Shown here one piece after another: positions 47,199 to 55,605 of a DNA stretch of 64,000 nucleotides. The DNA is taken from assembly GCA_045805265.1 (NCBI GenBank), contig JBJMLO010000008.1, forward strand, positions 195,161 to 259,160, given 5' to 3'. The translations under genes were made by a program, and so were the position numbers. The notes under the pieces were generated by a model. It was not told the DNA's origin. It saw nothing but the letters and a program-made list of their open reading frames with translations, and did no database searches. Each line of letters opens with the position of its first letter. Within the stretch, counting starts at the first letter, position 1. This stretch comes from Actinomycetota bacterium (lineage in GTDB: Bacteria; Actinomycetota; UBA4738; JACQTL01).

Positions 47199-47750
47199 GT
47201 GCCTCCGATCCTCGCGGACGGGGCCGGCAGCCCGGTCGACCAGGGAGTGGCCACGTGGCTGATGGTGGGCGCCGTCTTCCTGGGGTGGATCGGCATCGCC
47301 CGGCTGCGCGGCCGGGCCTTCCGGGGGATGCCACGATGGCTCGGGTGGGTCAGCACCGGGCTGGGGGTGACGGCGCTGGTCCTCGCGGTGGTCCTGCCGC
47401 CGATCATCCGTCCGAACGCCCCAGCCACCCGGCCGGCGTCGAAGGCGACGGTCGCCATCGCGGAGCCCCGGCCGGGTCAGGTGTTCCACGGCGACCCGGC
47501 GCCCGTCCCGGTCCGGATCGTGCTCACCGGGGGCCGGATCGTGCCGTTCACGTCGACCAGGCTCCTGCCGGATACGGGCCACATCCACGTGTTCCTGGAC
47601 GGGGACCTGGTGGCGATGACGACGACGCTCCGGCGGACGATCGACGTGCCGCCCGGCCACCACACGCTGACGGCGGAGTTCGTGGCGGTCGACCACGTGC
47701 CGTTCGACCCCCGGGTACGCACGTCGGTCCGGTTCGACGTCGAGGGGTGA
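47199..47750 (+). CDS. membrane-anchored GHIH-motif beta-sandwich protein (DUF4399-like), paralog of 43900..44346
   Basis: 183 aa with two N-terminal TMs. The domain reads IAEPRPGQVF...TGHIHVFLDGDLVAM...GHHTLTAEFVAVDHVPFDPRV. Confidence 0.7.
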   Translation: MPPILADGAGSPVDQGVATWLMVGAVFLGWIGIARLRGRAFRGMPRWLGWVSTGLGVTALVLAVVLPPIIRPNAPATRPASKATVAIAEPRPGQVFHGDPAPVPVRIVLTGGRIVPFTSTRLLPDTGHIHVFLDGDLVAMTTTLRRTIDVPPGHHTLTAEFVAVDHVPFDPRVRTSVRFDVEG

Positions 47751-47799
47751 CGACTTCCCACCGGGCCCCCGACAGGGGAACCGGTTCCGGGCGGTCGGC

Positions 47800-49548
47800 T
47801 CAGCAGGACAGGTTCGGCAGCAGGGAACCCGCGAACACCGCGTCGAAGGCCTTCGCGGACCCGTTGTGGAACGTCCCCGGCTTGGCCACCTGGGACGCGG
47901 TGAGGCCGGCCACGAAGTTCGACACGTTGGTCAGCTTCGTGCCGTTGTCCGCCATCTCCGCCGGGCTCAGCTGGAGCCAGATGGGCCGGATGGTCTGCAC
48001 CAGCTTCCGGCTGTCGCTGTCCGCGTCGAACCGCCCCTCGACCAGCGACTGCAGCCGCGATTCCAGCAGGGGGGACCCGCCGGTCCGCGAGTGCGACGCC
48101 GTGTGGCCGTGGTCGGCGGTCACGCACAGGACCCACTGGTTGGGCAGGCGCTTGTTCAGGTAGTCCACCAGGACCTGCAGGAACCGGTCCTGCAGCTTGA
48201 CCGTGTCGCCCATCTCCGCGCTGTCCGCGAAGTACTCGTGCCCGATCTCGTCGATGATCTTGTAGTTGAGGAACAGCAGGTCGGGCTCGGGGTGGTGGCC
48301 CAGGTTCTCGTGCTCGATCACGGCCTTGATGGCGTTCGTCTGGTACGGGATCCGGGCCGGCGTGTGGAACCCGCCCTCGGCCGCCGCGATGGAGTGTCCC
48401 CGCCACGTGCCGTCCTTGCGACCGTCGGCCAGGTCGGCCCACCCCCAGTAGCTCTTCAGCGGCGGGAGGCTGTTCACGTAGGAGGGGAACCGGTAGTAGT
48501 TCGCCAGCCTGGCGGGCAGCTCCCACTTCGGCGCGGCCGACCCGGTCGTGTTGGCCCGGAGCACCGCGACGTGCCTGCGGCCTCCGGGGAGCGCCGCCCC
48601 CTGCCCCACCATGCCGAGGTGCCAGGGCAGCGTCCCGAACATCGCCGTGACCGCGTTGGAGCCCTTCGCCTTCGCGTACTGGTCGGCGAGCGTGGGGACC
48701 TTGATGACCCCAGGCCCCCTCGACCACGGGTCGCCGAGATGCCCGTCCGCGAACCGGATGATGTTGTCGACGACCCCGTGCGTCCGGGGGAAGGCCCCGG
48801 TGCCGATGGTCACGTGGACGGGCGCGGTGTTCGACGGGTTCGACCCCACCGCCGCGTTCTCGTACCAGGTGCCCTTCGGGATGAGGCCCTTCAGGTGCGG
48901 CGACGACCCCGAGTGGAGGTTCAGCACGTACCGGCCGCCCGCGTCCCACACGAGCACCACCACGAGCTTCGGCTTCGGGTGGCTGTCCCTGATCGCCTCG
49001 TCCATGGGATGCCCGTCGTGGGCGGAGAACGGGAACTTGACGAGCTTCGCGATGGTCGGGGCGATGTCGGAGCTGTTGACCTGCCTGCTCACCTTGCCCC
49101 TGGCGCGGATGAAGCCCGGCCCGTACCACAGCATGGGAACGTCCTGGGTGTACGCCCAGGGCGTGGAGTGGCTGATCGCGCCGCTCACGTAGTTCCAGCC
49201 GTGCGGCACGATGATGAGCTGGCCGGACCGATGGGGGTCCCATCCCCGCCGCATGCGGGCCTGCACGTCGAGCGGCAGGGCGCACGCCGCCCCGGGCCCC
49301 GATCCCCGGCTGAAGGCGAGGGTGTCGCCGGTGGGAGCCGAACCCATGCGCCTCGCCCCCAGCAGGACCTGGTTCATCCACAGGCTGGCCGGGACCGCGG
49401 CCGCACCCGCCAGGAACTCGCGCCGGCTGAGCGCGAGCCGTCGCAGGGCCTCGTCGGCCCGCGCGCCGGCCTGTGCGGCCGCCATGTCGGCGTCGCCGGA
49501 GGGCGTGAAGTCAGGTTCGGTGTCGCGATCCGGGTCGTGTTGGGTCAT
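47800..49548 (-). CDS. TAT-exported alkaline-phosphatase-superfamily (NPP/phosphodiesterase-type) protein
   Basis: 582 aa. The twin-arginine motif is SRREFLAGAAA. Motifs are VVVLVWDAGG, SNTAPVHVTIGTGAFPRTHGVV (Thr nucleophile region), IDEIGHEY and VTADHGHT. Confidence 0.8.
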   Translation of the reverse strand: MTQHDPDRDTEPDFTPSGDADMAAAQAGARADEALRRLALSRREFLAGAAAVPASLWMNQVLLGARRMGSAPTGDTLAFSRGSGPGAACALPLDVQARMRRGWDPHRSGQLIIVPHGWNYVSGAISHSTPWAYTQDVPMLWYGPGFIRARGKVSRQVNSSDIAPTIAKLVKFPFSAHDGHPMDEAIRDSHPKPKLVVVLVWDAGGRYVLNLHSGSSPHLKGLIPKGTWYENAAVGSNPSNTAPVHVTIGTGAFPRTHGVVDNIIRFADGHLGDPWSRGPGVIKVPTLADQYAKAKGSNAVTAMFGTLPWHLGMVGQGAALPGGRRHVAVLRANTTGSAAPKWELPARLANYYRFPSYVNSLPPLKSYWGWADLADGRKDGTWRGHSIAAAEGGFHTPARIPYQTNAIKAVIEHENLGHHPEPDLLFLNYKIIDEIGHEYFADSAEMGDTVKLQDRFLQVLVDYLNKRLPNQWVLCVTADHGHTASHSRTGGSPLLESRLQSLVEGRFDADSDSRKLVQTIRPIWLQLSPAEMADNGTKLTNVSNFVAGLTASQVAKPGTFHNGSAKAFDAVFAGSLLPNLSC

Positions 49549-49662
49549 CTCGGGCGCTCCCAGGTCGGTCGTGGACGATTCAGGACGCTATCACGGGGGC
49601 CCTCGCTTCGACGCGGGTCATCTTTTCCCCCGCTTCGCCGGCGCCTGCCGCCGCGGACGCCG

Positions 49663-51408
49663 TCAACAGGACAGGTGCGGGAGGATGGATCCCGCGAACA
49701 CCGCGTCGAACACCTGGTCGTCCCCGTGGGCCCGGCGGATCGTGTCCGCCCGCGCCACCTGGGAGGCCGTGAGGGCCGCCATGTACGTCGAGACGTTCTG
49801 GATCTTCGTGCCGTTGTCCGCGATCTCGGCGGGGTTCAGCCACATCCAGATGGGCCGGATGGCCTGCACGAGGGCCGCCGCGTCGCCGTCGGCGTCGAAT
49901 CGCTCCTCCACCTTGCGGTGCACCAGATCCTCCACCACTGCCATTCCCCCGGTCCGCCCGGGCGACGCCGTGTGTCCGTGGTCGGCCGTGAGGAGCAGGA
50001 CCCACTGTCCCGGGAGTCGGTGATCGAGCCACGCGACCAGGCCGGCCAGGTCGCGGTCCTGCACCTTGATGGTGTCGGCCATCTCGACGCTGTCCGCGTA
50101 GTAGAAGTGGCCGATCTCGTCGATGACCTTGTAGTTCAGGAGCAGCAGGTCGGGCTCGTCGTGCTGGCCGAGCTTCTCCTGGATGATGACCTCCTTGATG
50201 GCCCGGGTCTGCCAGGGGATGCGGGCCGGCGTGTTGAAGCCGCCCTCGAGCGATCCGATGTCGTGTCCGCGCCACCTCCCGTCGTTGCGCCCGTCGGCGA
50301 GGTCGGCGGTCTCCCAGTAGCCCCGGAGCGGAGGCAGGCCGTTCACGTAGCTCGGGAAGCGGTAGGAGGGGCTCAGCCGTCCGGGCATCCCCCACCTCGG
50401 CGGGCTCGAGGGCGTGGGCCCATTGATCTTCAGCGCGACCGGATGCCGGACGCCGCCCGGCAGGTGCGCCCCCTGCCCGAGCATGCCGAGATGCCAGGGG
50501 AGGGTCGCGAAGCAGGCCGTGCGGGCCGCCGACCCCTTCGCCTTCGCGTACTCGTCGGCCAGCGTGGGCACCTTGAGGACCCCCGGCCCCCGGGACCACG
50601 AGTCCAGCACGCGCCCGTCGGGGAACCGCATGTGGGTGTCGACGACGCCGTGCGTCCGGGGGAAGGCCCCGGTGCCCATGGTGGCGTGGACGGGCGGCGT
50701 GTTGGTCGGGCTCGAGCCCGTCGTCGCGCGCGTGAACCACGTCCCCTTCGGGATGAGCCCCCTGAGGTGGGGCCACGACGTGGGATGGAGGTCCAGGACG
50801 TAGCGGCCCGCGCCGTCCCACACCAGCAGCACCACGAGCTTCGGCTTCGGAGGGGCGGTCTTCAGGGCCTCGGTCATGGCCGTCCCGTCGGGCGCGGAGA
50901 ACGGGAACCTGATGAGCTTCGAGATGGTCGGGGCGATGTCGGCGCTGGTCACGAAGCGGTCGACGCCCCCCCGGGCCCTGATGAACCCCGGCCCGTACCA
51001 CAGCATCGGGACGTCCGCCGTGTAGTGCCAGGGTGTGGAGTGGCTGATCCGCCCGCTGACCCAGTTCCAGCCGTGCGGCACGAACAGGATCTGGCCGGAG
51101 CGATGGGGATCCCATCCCCGCTTGATGCGGGTCAGGACGTCGGGCGGGAGGGCGCACGCAGCCTGCGGCCCGGGGTCGCGGGCGGCGAGGAACGTCCCGC
51201 CCGGTCGCACGCCACCGGCCGCCTGCAGCGCCCGGTCCATCCACATCCCGGCCGGGACGGCCGCGGCGCCCGCCAGGAACGCGCGACGGCTGAGGTTGCG
51301 CCCGAGTCCCCGCCGGCCCGCCACCGGCCGCTCGTCCGGCCCGGCGGCCGAATCCTCCTCGCGCGCGGGGACGAGGTCGTCCCCGGAGCTCGGGTCGTCG
51401 GGGGTCAT
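49663..51408 (-). CDS. TAT-exported alkaline-phosphatase-superfamily protein, tandem paralog
   Basis: 581 aa and collinear with 47800..49548 over its whole length (SRRAFLAGAAA, VVLLVWDGAG, TNTPPVHATMGTGAFPRTHGVV, IDEIGHFY, LTADHGHT). Both proteins end in ...LSC. Confidence 0.8.
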   Translation of the reverse strand: MTPDDPSSGDDLVPAREEDSAAGPDERPVAGRRGLGRNLSRRAFLAGAAAVPAGMWMDRALQAAGGVRPGGTFLAARDPGPQAACALPPDVLTRIKRGWDPHRSGQILFVPHGWNWVSGRISHSTPWHYTADVPMLWYGPGFIRARGGVDRFVTSADIAPTISKLIRFPFSAPDGTAMTEALKTAPPKPKLVVLLVWDGAGRYVLDLHPTSWPHLRGLIPKGTWFTRATTGSSPTNTPPVHATMGTGAFPRTHGVVDTHMRFPDGRVLDSWSRGPGVLKVPTLADEYAKAKGSAARTACFATLPWHLGMLGQGAHLPGGVRHPVALKINGPTPSSPPRWGMPGRLSPSYRFPSYVNGLPPLRGYWETADLADGRNDGRWRGHDIGSLEGGFNTPARIPWQTRAIKEVIIQEKLGQHDEPDLLLLNYKVIDEIGHFYYADSVEMADTIKVQDRDLAGLVAWLDHRLPGQWVLLLTADHGHTASPGRTGGMAVVEDLVHRKVEERFDADGDAAALVQAIRPIWMWLNPAEIADNGTKIQNVSTYMAALTASQVARADTIRRAHGDDQVFDAVFAGSILPHLSC

Positions 51409-51500
51409 GTCGGGGCGCTCCCGGGGTCGGCTGACCGTTCGGCAGCGGAACGTATCACGCCCCCGCCGGTCGGCGAAGGAGCCGTCGTGGGCGGGGGCCG

Positions 51501-53183
51501 CTAGAAGCGCGGGGTCTCGGTGTAGGAACCGAACACCTCGCGCAGCGCGCCGACGATCTCGCCCTCGGTGCAGTACGCACGGGCGCAGTCGACGAGCGGC
51601 GGGACCAGGTTCTCGTCCTCCGTCCGGGCGGCCGAACGCAGCCGGTCCAGCGCCCGGGCGGCGGCGTCGTCATCGCGGGCGGCGCGGAGCCCCCGCACGG
51701 CGTCGACCTGTTCGACCTCGGTCTCCGGACCGATGATCAGCGTCTCGATCGGCTGGTCGAGCGGGTTCACGAACTCGTTGACGCCCACCCTGACCAGCCG
51801 GCCCTTCTCGTATCGCTCCTGCTCGCGGAACGCGGCGTCGGCGATCTCGGACTGGAAGAACCCCCGCTCGATCCCCACCAGCATGCCCTCGAGCATCGAG
51901 CCGTGGCCCATGTCCTTGATCTTCGCGAAGTACTCCTCCGCGGTCTCCTCCATGCGGTTCGTCAGCGCCTCGACGAAGTACGAGCCCCCCAGCGGGTCGA
52001 TCACGTTCGTCACGCCCGTCTCGTACGCGATGATCTGCTGGGTCCGCAGCGCGATCTCCGCGGATTTCTCGGTCGGCAGCGCGAGGACCTCGTCCAGCGC
52101 GTTCGTGTGCAGCGACTGGGTGCCGCCCAGCACCGCCGCCAGCGCCTCGACCGCGGTCCGCACGATGTTGTTCTCGGGCTGCTGCGCGGTGAGGGAGACG
52201 CCCGCGGTCTGGGTGTGGAACCGCAGCCGGAGCGAGGTCTCGTCCTTCGCGCCGTAGACGTCGCGCAGCCACCTCGCCCAGATCCGCCGGGCCGCGCGGT
52301 ACTTCGCGATCTCCTCGAAGAAGTCGATGTGCGCGTTGAAGAAGAACGACAGCCCGCGGGCGAACCCGTCGACGTCGAGTCCCCGGTCCCGGCCCAGCTC
52401 TGCGTAGGAGAACCCGTCGGCCAGCGTGAACGCCAGCTCCTGCGCGGCCGTCGAGCCCGCCTCCCGGATGTGGTAGCCGCTCACGCTGATGGGATGGAAC
52501 TCCGGCACCTCGGACGCGCAGAACTCGATGAGGTCCCCGATCAGCCGGAGGTGCGGGCGCGGCGGGAAGATCCACTCCTTCTGGGCGATGTACTCCTTCA
52601 GGATGTCGGTCTGGAGCGTCCCGTCCAGGGCCTTCCAGTCGACGCCCTGCCGTTCCGCGGTGGCCAGGAAGAACGCGAACAGGATCACCGCCGGGCCGCT
52701 GATCGTCATCGACGTCGTGATGTCGCCCAGAGGGATCCCGTCGAACAGCGTCTCGAAGTCGGCCAGCGAGTCGGTGGCCACGCCGCACCGGCCGACCTCC
52801 CCCTCGGACAGGGGATCGTCGGAGTCCCGTCCCATCAGCGTGGGCATGTCGAAGGCCACGGACAGCCCGCCCTGGCCGTGGGACAGCAGGAACTTGTACC
52901 GGGCGTTCGTGTCGGCCGCGGACCCGAATCCCGAGAACTGCCGCATGGTCCACAGCCGCCCCCGGTACATCGAGTGGTACACGCCGCGGGTGAACGGGGC
53001 GTGGCCGGGGAACCCGAGGTCGCGGGCGTAGTCGAGGTCTTGGACGTCCTCCGGCGTGTACAGCGCCTTGAGGGGCTCGCCGGACAGCGTCTCGAAGTCG
53101 GCGTCGCGCTCGGGCGTGGCGAGGTAGTGCTCACGCCACCGCTCGAGCTCCCGCTCGAACCGATCTGAGTCCCGCTCACCCAT
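51501..53183 (-). CDS. methylmalonyl-CoA mutase family, catalytic (large, N-terminal) subunit without B12-binding domain
   Basis: ATG 53183 gives MGERDSD..., 560 aa. Motifs are [45 protein letters not shown] and RFHTQTAG. The protein ends ...[10 protein letters not shown] with no cobalamin-binding DxHxxG domain. Confidence 0.9.
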   Translation of the reverse strand: MGERDSDRFERELERWREHYLATPERDADFETLSGEPLKALYTPEDVQDLDYARDLGFPGHAPFTRGVYHSMYRGRLWTMRQFSGFGSAADTNARYKFLLSHGQGGLSVAFDMPTLMGRDSDDPLSEGEVGRCGVATDSLADFETLFDGIPLGDITTSMTISGPAVILFAFFLATAERQGVDWKALDGTLQTDILKEYIAQKEWIFPPRPHLRLIGDLIEFCASEVPEFHPISVSGYHIREAGSTAAQELAFTLADGFSYAELGRDRGLDVDGFARGLSFFFNAHIDFFEEIAKYRAARRIWARWLRDVYGAKDETSLRLRFHTQTAGVSLTAQQPENNIVRTAVEALAAVLGGTQSLHTNALDEVLALPTEKSAEIALRTQQIIAYETGVTNVIDPLGGSYFVEALTNRMEETAEEYFAKIKDMGHGSMLEGMLVGIERGFFQSEIADAAFREQERYEKGRLVRVGVNEFVNPLDQPIETLIIGPETEVEQVDAVRGLRAARDDDAAARALDRLRSAARTEDENLVPPLVDCARAYCTEGEIVGALREVFGSYTETPRF

Positions 53184-54165
53184 CCGGCCCGTCCCCTGGT
53201 CCGGCCGAGCGCGCCTCGGCCTCCGCGACCCGTTCCAACAGCATAGATGCGGCCCGGTACGGGTCCACCTGCCGGGCGGACAGCCGGTCGGCCAGCTCGG
53301 CGTCCGCGTCGAGGGCCGAGTGCACGCGCTCCCGGACCCGCTGGGACGCCAGGGTCTGCACCTCCGCCAGGAGCCGCCCACGCCGGTCCCGCTGCAGGGC
53401 CCCGGTGGACTCGAGGTGGGAGCGGTGGGACTCGATGGCCTCCCACAGATCCTCGACCCCCTCCCCCGTGGCCGCGGACGTCTTCACGACGGGCGGCGTC
53501 CAGGCGGCGTCGTGGGACTCCCCCATCTTCAGCATGAGCTGGAGGTCGCGGGCGGCCTCCCCCGCGCCGTCCCGGTCGGCCTTGTTCACCACGAAGACGT
53601 CGGCGATCTCCAGGATTCCCGCCTTGGCCACCTGCACCGCGTCCCCCCACCCCGGCGCCACGACGACCAGCGTGGTGTCGGTGGCGCCCGCGACCTCGAC
53701 CTCGGCCTGACCGACCCCGACCGTCTCGACCATGACCAGGTCCATCCCCGCCGCGTCGAGGATGCGGATAGCCTCCGGAGCGGCGAGGGCCATCCCTCCC
53801 AGGTGGCCCCGCGTGGCCATCGACCGGATGAACACGTGCGGGTCGGTGGCGTGGGTCTGCATGCGCAACCGGTCGCCGAGCAGCGCGCCGCCGGTGAACG
53901 GCGAGGTCGGATCGATCGCCAGCACGGCGACGCTGCGGTCGTTGGAGCGGGCCACGCGCACGAGGTGCTCGGTGAGGCTCGACTTGCCGACGCCGGGCGA
54001 GCCGGTCATCCCCACCGTGGCCGCGGTACCGGTGTGGGGGTACAGGGCGGCCGACAGCGGTTCCAGCTCGGCGGCGCCGTCCTCGACCAGCGAGATCGCC
54101 CGGGCCATCCCCCGCCGGTCCCCCGCCAGGACCCGCTCGACGAGCGCGTCGACGTCGATCCCCAT
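53176..54165 (-). CDS. meaB: methylmalonyl-CoA mutase-associated G3E GTPase
   Basis: ATG 54165, 329 aa. The P-loop is [12 protein letters not shown]. Other motifs are [28 protein letters not shown] and VNKADR. The stop overlaps the mutase start by 8 nt. Confidence 0.92.
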   Translation of the reverse strand: MGIDVDALVERVLAGDRRGMARAISLVEDGAAELEPLSAALYPHTGTAATVGMTGSPGVGKSSLTEHLVRVARSNDRSVAVLAIDPTSPFTGGALLGDRLRMQTHATDPHVFIRSMATRGHLGGMALAAPEAIRILDAAGMDLVMVETVGVGQAEVEVAGATDTTLVVVAPGWGDAVQVAKAGILEIADVFVVNKADRDGAGEAARDLQLMLKMGESHDAAWTPPVVKTSAATGEGVEDLWEAIESHRSHLESTGALQRDRRGRLLAEVQTLASQRVRERVHSALDADAELADRLSARQVDPYRAASMLLERVAEAEARSAGPGDGPDG

Positions 54166-54212
54166 GTCGTGCGGCAGGGTACCCCGTCCGCCGCCAGCCC
54201 CCGGCGAGCGGG

Positions 54213-54686
54213 TCAGGCCCCGGAAGCCGCGAATCCCGTCGCGCGCAGGGCAGGCAGGTCGACCGTGAACGAGCCGACGCGGCGAACGGGCCTCCCCCCG
54301 AAGAGGCTCAGGCGCAGGGTGCCCCGGTCCCCAACCGAGGAACGTTCCTCCACGACGAACGTCGTGAAGGTCGTCCCCCGGGGGACGGGCCGCCCCCCCG
54401 CGAGCCCCTCCCGCGGGAAGAGGCTGCAACAGGAGCCGGGAGGGAGCCCGGGCGAGTGGAAGCTGAACTGCATGCCGAGCCGGTCGCCCGGAAGGGAGAC
54501 CACCTTCACGAGCGTGATGTCGACCCCGCCGGCACGATAGGCGCCCGGCGTGGCGTTCAGTGCCCGGCCTGCGGAGATCTGCCGGACCGCCTCCCGCTGC
54601 GTGGAAACCGTCGCGCCATGATGCCCGCACGCGCAGAGGCAGGTCCACGCGATGGCCAGGAGCAGCGAAATCCGACCGACCCTCAC
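54213..54686 (-). CDS. putative secreted/lipoprotein, unknown function
   Basis: GTG 54686. The signal-like N-terminus is RISLLLAIAWTCLCACGHH. 157 aa. Confidence 0.5.
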   Translation of the reverse strand: MRVGRISLLLAIAWTCLCACGHHGATVSTQREAVRQISAGRALNATPGAYRAGGVDITLVKVVSLPGDRLGMQFSFHSPGLPPGSCCSLFPREGLAGGRPVPRGTTFTTFVVEERSSVGDRGTLRLSLFGGRPVRRVGSFTVDLPALRATGFAASGA

Positions 54687-54705
54687 CGGACCCGCGATGG
54701 TCCGG

Positions 54706-55134
54706 TCAGCCGAGCGCGCGCTCGTCGAGGGGGCGCAGGCGCTCGCCCAGCGCGCGGAGGACGGCCTGCATGATCCGCGGCTCGCTGTCGAGGACGACCG
54801 TGAACTGGGCCGGGCGCAGGATCATCACCGCGACATCCGTCTCCGCGGTCACCGTTGCGCTGCGGGGACCGCCGGAGAGCAGCGCGATCTCGCCGAAGAA
54901 GTCGCCGGGGCCGAGGGTGTTCAGCTTCCGGCCTTCCCGGGTCACGGCCACGGACCCCTCGGTGATGACGAACAGCTCGCGGCTGTGCTCCCCCTGGCGG
55001 ACGAGCTCCTTCCCGGCCGGCTCCGTGATCTCGTCCGCGGCGGCGACGAGCGCCCGCAGCCCCCGCTCGGACACGCCGGCGAACAGGGGCACGTTCCGGA
55101 AGTGCTGGATCACCTGCTTCGGGATCCGGGCCAT
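54706..55134 (-). CDS. stand-alone cyclic-nucleotide-binding domain protein
   Basis: 142 aa. The sequence reads VPLFAGVSERGLRALVAAADEITEPAGKELVRQGE...GPGDFFGEIALLSGGPRSATVTA, containing the FGE...R(S/T)A cNMP-binding signature. Confidence 0.88.
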   Translation of the reverse strand: MARIPKQVIQHFRNVPLFAGVSERGLRALVAAADEITEPAGKELVRQGEHSRELFVITEGSVAVTREGRKLNTLGPGDFFGEIALLSGGPRSATVTAETDVAVMILRPAQFTVVLDSEPRIMQAVLRALGERLRPLDERALG

Positions 55135-55188
55135 CGCGGCGCGGAGCGTACCCCAACCGGCCCCGGGGCGGCGGGCCCCCGAGGGCGT

Positions 55189-55602
55189 TCAGGCCACCGA
55201 CAGGAGCTTGTTGAGGCGAGCCAGCCGGCCGGGGTGGCGGGCCAGGCCCCGGACCTTGATCCGGCCCTTGAGCATCGACCCGGTCACCGCGCGGCCCTCC
55301 TTCGTCATGGCGTCCGGGAGCCCGAAGCGCAGCGGAACCGTTGACAGTTGCATGAGGGTGTCGGAGTCGGCCTCGACCAGGAGGTGGGGCTTGCCCTGCA
55401 GCCCGTTGGCCACGCCGACGCGTCCCGGGGCGATCTGCAACGTGACGGAGACGCCCGCGTCGGGCGCGGTGACGCCGATCACCGCGGGCTTCAGCAGGGC
55501 CTCCCGGTCGGGATGCTGGGACAGGTTCGCCTCGATGAGCCCGCCGAGCATCGCGGCAAGGCCGTTGGGCTCCTCGTCCACGAACTCGACGGTCGCGCCC
55601 AC
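55189..55602 (-). CDS. SCP2 sterol-binding-domain protein
   Basis: 137 aa. The sequence reads ...LLVEADSDTLMQLSTVPLRFGLPD...GSMLKGRIKVRGL, the terminal G-x-(I/L)K-(V/L)-x-G motif of the SCP2 fold. Confidence 0.7.
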   Translation of the reverse strand: MGATVEFVDEEPNGLAAMLGGLIEANLSQHPDREALLKPAVIGVTAPDAGVSVTLQIAPGRVGVANGLQGKPHLLVEADSDTLMQLSTVPLRFGLPDAMTKEGRAVTGSMLKGRIKVRGLARHPGRLARLNKLLSVA

Positions 55603-55605
55603 CCC

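Noticed and set aside
47866-51504. 1212-aa plus-strand ORF, the longest in the track
   Set aside because: It is antisense to both alkaline-phosphatase-family paralogs. The composition is dominated by R/P/G/V/D and no motif is recognisable.
54166-54212. Cobalamin riboswitch upstream of meaB-mutase
   Set aside because: The gap is only 47 nt and the operon is preceded directly by coding sequence. No B12-box-like element is seen there or in 51409-51500.
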